Below are positions 56,447 to 64,000 of a stretch of 64,000 nt of DNA, piece by piece (position 1 is the stretch's first letter; each line of letters starts with the position of its first letter). Source of the DNA: an uncultured Candidatus Saccharibacteria bacterium. GTDB taxonomy: Bacteria > Patescibacteriota > Doudnabacteria > UBA920. The stretch lies in the NCBI GenBank assembly GCA_964490395.1, contig CAZBAS010000001.1, forward strand, positions 275,815-339,814, written 5' to 3'. The notes under the pieces are model-generated. The model ran no database searches and was not told the origin of the DNA. It was given only the letters and a program-made list of their open reading frames with translations. The translations under genes were made by a program, and so were the position numbers.

Positions 56447-57145
56447 ATGCCAACTATACGAGAACTAATTGACCAATCGGAAAAGCAGCGCGAACAGGGT
56501 GCGCTGTCTGATGCTTTGGCTTCTATCGATAATGCTATTGCTCTGGCCGGGGAAGAGGCAAATTATATTGAGCTGCTGGAAGCAATAGCGCATAAGCTAG
56601 AAATATGGAAGTCCTTTCATGCTAAAACACAGCAGAGTGTATTTTGGGAACTATTAAAGGGCGATGCCGAGGCTGGTCTGTATATTGCCGAGGCCTATAA
56701 TATTCAAAGTCATCCGCGCGCAGTTATGTTGTTACGGCGCGGTACGTATGATATGTTCCGCAAAAACTATGAGGCTGCGGTCGATTGGTTCCAGAAGGCA
56801 TGTGCAGCCTTACCTGAGAACGAGCAGGCTGGAACTCGCGCAGAATTTTTAGGATATCTGGGCGAAGCAGAAGGGAACGCAGGTAGGATAGAAGGCATTA
56901 CGCACTTGGAACAAGCACTTGCAGAGGTGCAGGCGTCAAGTGATATGCGCCCATTTCATAAAATGGTTATTGAGTCAGGTATCCATCTTCGCGTCGCCAA
57001 AGTTCTGGTGCAGATGGGGCGGGAGGAAGAAGCTCGTGCTCATTGGCAAAGTGCTAAAAATATTGCAGAATCTTTGGTTTTTGAACATAATATGCCAAGT
57101 CGGTTGGAGCAATGTATAAAATTTGCAGAACATCGTGGATGGTAA
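56447..57145 (+). CDS. TPR-like helical repeat protein
   Basis: Helical repeats; ORF only. Confidence 0.4.
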   Translation: MPTIRELIDQSEKQREQGALSDALASIDNAIALAGEEANYIELLEAIAHKLEIWKSFHAKTQQSVFWELLKGDAEAGLYIAEAYNIQSHPRAVMLLRRGTYDMFRKNYEAAVDWFQKACAALPENEQAGTRAEFLGYLGEAEGNAGRIEGITHLEQALAEVQASSDMRPFHKMVIESGIHLRVAKVLVQMGREEEARAHWQSAKNIAESLVFEHNMPSRLEQCIKFAEHRGW

Positions 57146-57272
57146 TGGTAGTGTATGAAATCGTCCGTGAAGGATCTCAGTTCCTAAGGTGCCGCTTGCA
57201 ATGTTGAAGTGCCACTTCAACATTAACTGCCACATGACAGTATCTTTCGTGCAAAATAATTCAGATAATATA

Positions 57273-57299
57273 AAATCCCGGGTTAGCGGGATTTTTTTG
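57273..57299. terminator. Bidirectional terminator AAAATCCCGGGTTAGCGGGATTTTTTT
   Basis: Hairpin with A/T runs between convergent genes. Confidence 0.75.
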
Positions 57300-57705
57300 T
57301 GCATTTAGCGCAGAGGCCAAAAAATTCAAGTGAGTGACGACGTATACTACTAAAGCCACTTATTTTTTTTATGTCTTCTTCTAGTTTGTGCAGGTCGCAC
57401 TTAGATATATCTACAACGCTGCCGCAGTTTTCGCACACTGCATGGTGGTGGTGCCCCGCAAGCTCCCAGTGCGCGTGGTCATGCTCCATGTTTACCATTT
57501 GCACTATGCCTTTTTCTCGAAGCGCAGTGAGCATGCGGTATATAGTGGCTTGGTCCAAGTGTGAGTGCTTAACCTTGTGCAAAATATCCTTAGTAGTTAA
57601 CGGAGTAGGGGACTCAGCCAGTAGTACCAATACCGACACTCTTCCGGGCGTTACCCTAAAGCCGTTATCTTTTAGAATTGTTTCTGGGGAGAATACTATG
57701 CTCAT
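57283..57705 (-). CDS. Fur-family metalloregulator (likely Zur)
   Basis: HHHAVCENCG...CAKC metal sites; divergent from zinc-uptake genes. Confidence 0.75.
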   Translation of the reverse strand: MSIVFSPETILKDNGFRVTPGRVSVLVLLAESPTPLTTKDILHKVKHSHLDQATIYRMLTALREKGIVQMVNMEHDHAHWELAGHHHHAVCENCGSVVDISKCDLHKLEEDIKKISGFSSIRRHSLEFFGLCAKCTKKSR

Positions 57706-57854
57706 GCACTCAGTATACAGGCTTTTTTGGCTATTGCAAGTATATTGCGTTTACCATATACTGTAGGAGTAATTGCGAATACGTTGCGTTAATACAGTAT
57801 GCAGTAGCACGCAAGACTTGCAGCACGCTGTAATGCGTATGATACACTTAGAGT

Positions 57855-58343
57855 ATGAAAAAATATATCTTTCTATTACTTATTGTGTTGGCAATTTCTT
57901 TGGCGTGGGTGTTTTGGGCAAAGCCCCCTTTTGCATCGCGTGCTTCGGAAAGTAAGGTTCACATTGTTACCACGTCTTCAGAGCTTGCCTCTATAGCTAC
58001 GCACGTGGGTGGTGAGTATGCGGAAACACAAACTTTATTTAGCGGAGCACAAAGCATGTCGCAGGAGCCTACAGAGAAACAGCTCAAAGCTATTCGTAAC
58101 AGCGATGTATTCATGTACCAGGGCGGAGAGGTACACGATTGGGCTGGAAAACTTGCGGCAGACTTGGCAAAGCAGGGCACCGTGGTAATAAAATATAAAC
58201 CCGCAGCGCTCACTGGGCAGTCTGAAAAAGAATTAAATAAAATGACTGCGGACCGGCTTGCACGCGTCTTGGAAATTTTAGATATACCACACGCAAATAC
58301 TATTGCGCAGAATGCCAAAGCGTACATTGATACGCAAAAATAG
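57855..58343 (+). CDS. Half-length ZnuA/TroA-like periplasmic protein lacking canonical His ligands
   Basis: Signal/TM then VVTTSSELASIATHVGGEYAETQTL...DVFMYQG resembling N-lobe of cluster A-I substrate-binding proteins. Confidence 0.4.
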   Translation: MKKYIFLLLIVLAISLAWVFWAKPPFASRASESKVHIVTTSSELASIATHVGGEYAETQTLFSGAQSMSQEPTEKQLKAIRNSDVFMYQGGEVHDWAGKLAADLAKQGTVVIKYKPAALTGQSEKELNKMTADRLARVLEILDIPHANTIAQNAKAYIDTQK

Positions 58344-58366
58344 CTTAGTAATGTAACTGTATACTT

Positions 58367-59098
58367 ATGGAAGCAATCCTTTTTTCTATTGCAACATTTA
58401 TTTCTACCCTGCTCGGCGGGCTATTTGGCCTGAAAAATAAAGACAGGCTACATTTAGTCATAAGTTTTACCGCTGGCGTTCTTATAGGGGTGGCGTTTTT
58501 TGACATCCTTCCTGAAATTTTTGAAATGGTTAAGGAGGGCGGCGCAGATATTACCTACGCCATGGTAGCCCTAGTGGCTGGCTTTTTCGTTATACATTTG
58601 TTGGAAAAGATTGCAGTTATTCATTCATCTCATGAAGAAGAATATGCGGATCATCGTCATCCAGCCGTGGGCTACATAGGTGCATTAGGGTTGGCATTTC
58701 ATAGTTTTCTCGACGGTTTAGGCATTGGGCTCGCTTTTCAGGTAAATACTCACATTGGTTTTTTGGTTGCCTTTGCAGTTATAGCGCATGATTTTTCCGA
58801 CGGTCTTAATACTGTAAGTATTATGCTCATTAACAAGCACAATATAAAGAAGTCCATTTTATTTTTAGTACTTGATGCAGTAGTCCCGGTACTTGGTGTG
58901 GCTGCTGCGTATATCTTCCATATTCCCCAAGCATGGCTAGTCGGTTACTTAGGGTTTTTTGCCGGTTTCCTTTTGTATATTGGTGCGAGTGATTTACTAC
59001 CCGAAGCGCATAGTAAACATAGTTCTTACAAAATGTTGGGCCTTACTCTGCTGGGCTCCGTATTTATTTTCCTGGTCACCCGTTTTGCTGGGTTCTAA
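58367..59098 (+). CDS. zupT: ZIP-family metal (zinc) transporter
   Basis: HSFLDGLGIGLAF and HDFSDGL signature helices. Confidence 0.8.
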   Translation: MEAILFSIATFISTLLGGLFGLKNKDRLHLVISFTAGVLIGVAFFDILPEIFEMVKEGGADITYAMVALVAGFFVIHLLEKIAVIHSSHEEEYADHRHPAVGYIGALGLAFHSFLDGLGIGLAFQVNTHIGFLVAFAVIAHDFSDGLNTVSIMLINKHNIKKSILFLVLDAVVPVLGVAAAYIFHIPQAWLVGYLGFFAGFLLYIGASDLLPEAHSKHSSYKMLGLTLLGSVFIFLVTRFAGF

Positions 59099-59136
59099 GT
59101 TGTATAAAAATCCCCGACACATATCGGGGATTTTTT

Positions 59137-59871
59137 TTATTGTATTTTTGAGGCCTGTTCCCTGGCCCAGGTGTTGGCCCGGTACAGAGACTCAAACGTC
59201 CCTGCGTCTATCCACTCGCCGGTAATGGTTCGCACGTCGAGTTCACCGTGCTCCAAGTACCATTTGAGTATGCCGGACGATATTTCAATTTCTCCACGCG
59301 CCGACGGAGGGCAGTTCTTGGCTATTTCTACACAGCGATTATCCAATATATAAATACCAGGAATGGCATATTCAGAAATTGGGGGATTGGCCTTTTCTTC
59401 TATCTGTAGTGCCTTGCCGGACTCATCAAATTTAATTTGGCCGAGTCGCTCCGGGTCTGGAACTTTGAGCGCGAAAGCCCGAGCGCCGGACTTAAAGCTC
59501 GCAATGTCTTCGGTAAAGTCTTGCTCAAAAATATTATCGCCCAAAATAAGGGTCGCACTGTCCCCGTCGTCTAAAAAGTTTTCGGCAATAATAAACGCTT
59601 CTCCTATACCGCCCTTCGGGTTATCTTGTAACTCATAGGTGAATTTAACCCCTGGACCGAACTCTTTACCACTACCAAGTACTTTCAGGTAGTCGCCACA
59701 GTGGTCTTTATCCAGGATAATTAGTATTTCTTTGATACCCGCTTTTAAGAGAGTATTCAGCGGGTAAAAAATCATGGGTTTGTCGTACACGGGCAGTAAT
59801 TGTTTACTGGTGACGTACGTGAGGGGGCGCATGCGCGTGCCCATACCGCCGGAGAGAATTATGCCTTTCAT
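59137..59871 (-). CDS. rmlA: Glucose-1-phosphate thymidylyltransferase
   Basis: GGMGTRMRPLT...KQLLPVYDKPMIFYPL. Confidence 0.75.
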   Translation of the reverse strand: MKGIILSGGMGTRMRPLTYVTSKQLLPVYDKPMIFYPLNTLLKAGIKEILIILDKDHCGDYLKVLGSGKEFGPGVKFTYELQDNPKGGIGEAFIIAENFLDDGDSATLILGDNIFEQDFTEDIASFKSGARAFALKVPDPERLGQIKFDESGKALQIEEKANPPISEYAIPGIYILDNRCVEIAKNCPPSARGEIEISSGILKWYLEHGELDVRTITGEWIDAGTFESLYRANTWAREQASKIQ

Positions 59872-59929
59872 AAAATAGTGCTTAGTGCCAAGTAGTTAGT
59901 CATTGATAAATGGGTATTGAGCAAGTTAC

Positions 59930-60469
59930 TTATGTGAGCCTGAGTACATGTTGGGCTTTTAGTAAAATGATGCAGGTATTGCCGTTTGTGATTTTTCCTT
60001 TCTCCACCATTTGCATAGCCTGTTTGAACTTTATTTTAACAGGTATGATGTGTTCGTCTGCGTCTGGATTCGCGTTTGTAAATTTTAGTTTTTGTGCGAG
60101 AAATAAATGAGCTTCTGCATCCACTGTCGCCGAGAACGCATTGGTCTTACCGAGACTTGTCCACTTGCTGGCTATAATACCGAGCTCTTCTTTTAGCTCT
60201 CGTTTCGCCGCCGCGAGTGGTGTCTCCTGGGGGTTGACACCGCCACTAGCCGGCTTTAGTAGTGTTGTCTTTGTGGGGTAATGAAATTCTTGCTGTAGAT
60301 ACACGAATCCCTCTTCATCGATAGGCAGTACCGCAACTCCCGGTAAGACTTTCATATAGCCGTATATGCCGGGTTTACCGTCGGGTCTTAATACCTTATC
60401 TTCTATTACCTCAATCCAGTTATTTTTGTAAACGGATTTAGATGTTAGTTTTTTCCAAGGGTTTCGCAT
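59930..60469 (-). CDS. NUDIX hydrolase (sugar-nucleotide/ADP-ribose pyrophosphatase-like) inside rml operon
   Basis: Nudix box AAKRELKEELGI. Confidence 0.7.
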   Translation of the reverse strand: MRNPWKKLTSKSVYKNNWIEVIEDKVLRPDGKPGIYGYMKVLPGVAVLPIDEEGFVYLQQEFHYPTKTTLLKPASGGVNPQETPLAAAKRELKEELGIIASKWTSLGKTNAFSATVDAEAHLFLAQKLKFTNANPDADEHIIPVKIKFKQAMQMVEKGKITNGNTCIILLKAQHVLRLT

Positions 60470-60482
60470 ATCCGTAAGTAGA

Positions 60483-61394
60483 TTAGTTTGTGCGCAATGA
60501 TAATTTTGCTACAGTCTCATCTTTGGTTCTGGTGAACATTTCGGGGTGGGCGTCTAGGTCTAGTTTGAGTTGTGGTAATATTTCTCGAAGGCGTTCCTCA
60601 GCAGTTTTGAGGGTTATGCCTACGGAGGCGAGCTTACTGCAATCGAGCACCGAGTCAATGCGTTCGGCTAAGGTCATTTTATTCAGCTCGGCTTTTTCTA
60701 TGAGATTAATTTGGAGTTCCGGATTTATATACTCTTTAAGTAACTGGGCAATTTTATAGGGGCTAGTTACTCCGCCGTTCGCTACGTTGTAGAGGCCTGT
60801 TGTGCCTTGGGAAATGAGTTTTTCAGTTACGTCAATAAAGTCTTCAATAATTGTGATAGAGTTGGGCGTGTCTATAAACTTATTGAAAGTAAGCATTTTT
60901 ACTAAGGTGTTTCTATTTGAAGCCTTGCCGCTGACCGGTTGTCTGGGCCTTAAAATAAGTAGCCGCAGTCCGCGTTGGTTCATGCGGTTCAGTAGCATTT
61001 GATCGGCCCAGTATTTAGACCAGGAGTAAAATGATGTCGGAGTTGGCGGGTCGTCTTCCTTGTGAGCTTCGGCTGGAGTTTTGCTTGCTTGAATGCAGCC
61101 CGTAGAAATGTGGACCAAATACAGGCCTGCCTCTTGTGCGGCCTGGCCCACCGTGTCTGCCCCCAATACGTTGGTGTCGAAACACTCAAGGCGATTTTGT
61201 TCGCACCAGTCTAAATTTGTTTTAGCGGCGGTATTTATAATAACCTCTGGTTTGTGCTCAGCAATAGCGTTTTGAATGTCTGCAAGTTTACGAATGTCCA
61301 CTGTATTCGCAATGGTAACTGCGTGTCCTTTGGTGGGTAGCACTTGGCTATACCACTCGGCAAACTGACCTTTCCCTAAAACAAGTATGTTCAT
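60483..61394 (-). CDS. rmlD: dTDP-4-dehydrorhamnose reductase
   Basis: NILVLGKGQ...VIINTAAKT... RmlD-like; start taken at MNILVLG. Confidence 0.65.
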   Translation of the reverse strand: MNILVLGKGQFAEWYSQVLPTKGHAVTIANTVDIRKLADIQNAIAEHKPEVIINTAAKTNLDWCEQNRLECFDTNVLGADTVGQAAQEAGLYLVHISTGCIQASKTPAEAHKEDDPPTPTSFYSWSKYWADQMLLNRMNQRGLRLLILRPRQPVSGKASNRNTLVKMLTFNKFIDTPNSITIIEDFIDVTEKLISQGTTGLYNVANGGVTSPYKIAQLLKEYINPELQINLIEKAELNKMTLAERIDSVLDCSKLASVGITLKTAEERLREILPQLKLDLDAHPEMFTRTKDETVAKLSLRTN

Positions 61395-61398
61395 ATAT

Positions 61399-61755
61399 TT
61401 ACGAAATAAATTCTTTATTGTTTGGTACGCTTGGGTAATGACAGCCAACTATGGTCGTAGGCTCTAGCACATTAAGAATACACTCAGGAGTACCCTGTGG
61501 TGTTGCAATGTAGTCGCCGCTTGCGAGTTCTACGATTTCGTTGCCAAGTTGTATACGTAGCCTGCCTTTCATTACTATCATATATTCATTGCCATGGGGG
61601 TGGACGTGCAGTTTATCCCCAATATCTCCCACGGGCAATTCTTTGCAATATATTTCTACGGCGTCATCGTGGAACGGACTGTCTTTCGGAAAAAACTGGC
61701 CGCAGAGCCAACCGCGCATATCTTCTTGCTGTTTTTTGAGTTTACCTATTTCCAT
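61399..61755 (-). CDS. Small cupin-domain protein in the position of RmlC (3,5-epimerase-like?)
   Basis: Cupin two-motif pattern (HVHPH...), 118 aa. Confidence 0.4.
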   Translation of the reverse strand: MEIGKLKKQQEDMRGWLCGQFFPKDSPFHDDAVEIYCKELPVGDIGDKLHVHPHGNEYMIVMKGRLRIQLGNEIVELASGDYIATPQGTPECILNVLEPTTIVGCHYPSVPNNKEFIS

Positions 61756-61761
61756 ACTTTG

Positions 61762-62808
<1,047 letters not shown>

Positions 62809-63015
62809 CTAAATATAAACTAGGCAAATGGGCTTTATTTTGGTATAATTATAATACGCATGAATACATATAGTATGCAGTTCCGAAATACTGTTGTTTG
62901 TTGTAGCCATCTGTCCCGGACGGCTGTTTTGAGTTGGTGTTAGGAGATATTGCACCGAATCGTTTCACCGTCTATTTTGAGTAGGCGGTTTTTATTTTAT
63001 TTTTTATTTTACAGC

Positions 63016-63711
63016 ATGTCTAATCCATTCCTCCAAAAAAAGATTTTGGTAATTACGGCCCATCCCGATGATGAAACGTTTTTTTCCGGCGCTCTCAAAC
63101 AAGTAGTAGACAGTGGGGGCGAGGTACGCTTATTCTGTGCAACGCTGGGGGAGCGCGGGAAATCGTATTTATCGGAAGAGCATACCCCTGAAGCAATAAA
63201 AGCCATTAGGGGCGCAGAGCTGCATACAGCTGCCAATACAATTGGCATTAGTAGTGTACACATTGGCGGTTTTGCCGATAGTGAACTTATGAAATATAAA
63301 GTCGAGTGCGCCGAGCAGGTGCGCGACGTGCTAAATGATTTTGCTCCAGATGTCATAATGGGCTACGGGGCGGATGGGTATACGGGGCATGCCGATCATA
63401 TAGCTATACACGATGTCGCCGTAGAGATTGCAGAACAGGTAGGCGTATCGTATGTTGCCTTTACCCTTCCGCCGGAGCCTACTCGTACTGAGCTGCTCAC
63501 CATACTCCGGGGTAAACGCAAACATGGCGTGTACCAAGATGAATTTGCCCCACAATTACACACGCTAGTAATAGAGGCTGATCCTATTCATAAGATGGAA
63601 GTACTGCGTTGCCACACTTCGCAGTTTCCAGGTCTAGACCCGTTCCGCGTGTTTGGCCAGGACCTCGGCGAACATTTACTAAGGTACGAATATTTTATTA
63701 TAGAGGTTTAG
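63016..63711 (+). CDS. PIG-L/LmbE-family N-acetylglucosaminyl deacetylase
   Basis: ILVITAHPDDETF and HxDH motifs. Confidence 0.75.
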   Translation: MSNPFLQKKILVITAHPDDETFFSGALKQVVDSGGEVRLFCATLGERGKSYLSEEHTPEAIKAIRGAELHTAANTIGISSVHIGGFADSELMKYKVECAEQVRDVLNDFAPDVIMGYGADGYTGHADHIAIHDVAVEIAEQVGVSYVAFTLPPEPTRTELLTILRGKRKHGVYQDEFAPQLHTLVIEADPIHKMEVLRCHTSQFPGLDPFRVFGQDLGEHLLRYEYFIIEV

Positions 63712-63720
63712 GAGCGATAT

Positions 63721-63745
63721 AAAATCCCGCAGCGCGGGATTTTAT
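63721..63745. terminator. Bidirectional terminator AAAATCCCGCAGCGCGGGATTTTAT
   Basis: Hairpin between convergent genes; same AAAATCCCG/CGGGATTTT words as 57273. Confidence 0.7.
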
Positions 63746-63764
63746 ATTGCGTTCTCATGCTTCT

Positions 63765-64000
63765 TTAGTTGTGTGTGCCAAATGTGCGTCTGTGCCGCTT
63801 CGCCATAATCTTATAAATCATGTAGCTGAATAGTGCCCCACCAACCATAACAATCCAGAGGTTGTCCATGTACTGGTTGAAGTATTCCCAGTTTTCGCCA
63901 AAGGCATAGCCTATAGCAAAATTGGTGCCCACCTCAGCAATTTCTCCAGTCGCTTCAAAGAAAAAATATTTTTTAAAACTTACTTTACCAAGGCCTGCAA
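63765..64000 (-). CDS. C-terminal fragment of a membrane protein, 3' end only (gene continues beyond window)
   Basis: Open minus-strand frame ending at stop TAA (complement 63765-63767). Confidence 0.4.
   Translation of the reverse strand, partial: AGLGKVSFKKYFFFEATGEIAEVGTNFAIGYAFGENWEYFNQYMDNLWIVMVGGALFSYMIYKIMAKRHRRTFGTHN

Overview
This 64 kb window looks like a small, streamlined bacterial genome of about 45-48% GC. The gene content is the kind seen in CPR/Patescibacteria-like lineages, but that placement is inference only: a type IV pilus cluster with no secretin, a short Rel, very short intergenic spacers, and a giant Thr/Ser/Ala-rich surface protein. Supported coding content includes nrdA (5'-truncated) and nrdB, hisS, comEC, cyclophilin, an adenylate-kinase-like protein, a short Rel/SpoT, fpg, groES-groEL, rpmF-nusB, HU, a NUDIX hydrolase, and a 1159-aa signal-peptide surface protein (S-layer candidate) behind a roughly 650-nt leader. 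A roughly 9 kb surface-glycan cluster follows (Wzx flippase, a GT11 fucosyltransferase-like protein, four methyltransferases, a GT2, a WbaP-type initiating transferase), and then pilB-pilC-pilM-pilN-pilO. The window also holds holA, typA, an AI-2E permease, a membrane-bound spermidine-synthase-like protein, an O-antigen-ligase-family protein, a Zur/ZnuA-like/ZIP zinc locus, an rmlB-cupin-rmlD-nudix-rmlA operon, and an LmbE-like deacetylase. Four tRNAs were found by eye: Gly-UCC, Pro-UGG, Lys-CUU and Arg-UCG. There is no CRISPR array, rRNA, transposase or integrase. The most interesting signal is a family of short GC-rich palindromic hairpin elements that share exact 13-21-mers between loci. 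They occur in intergenic terminator positions and also inserted in frame inside at least three protein-coding genes (fpg, a SAM methyltransferase, and the O-antigen-ligase gene, the last one flanked by a 9-bp direct repeat). This resembles Rickettsia palindromic elements. Other leads: a candidate sRNA defined by a consensus promoter plus an intrinsic terminator; a 37-nt direct repeat abutting tRNA-Arg and a tRNA-3'-end remnant beside tRNA-Gly, 24 kb apart and bracketing the surface-structure genes; partial tRNA duplicates; and many intergenic terminators built from recurring words.
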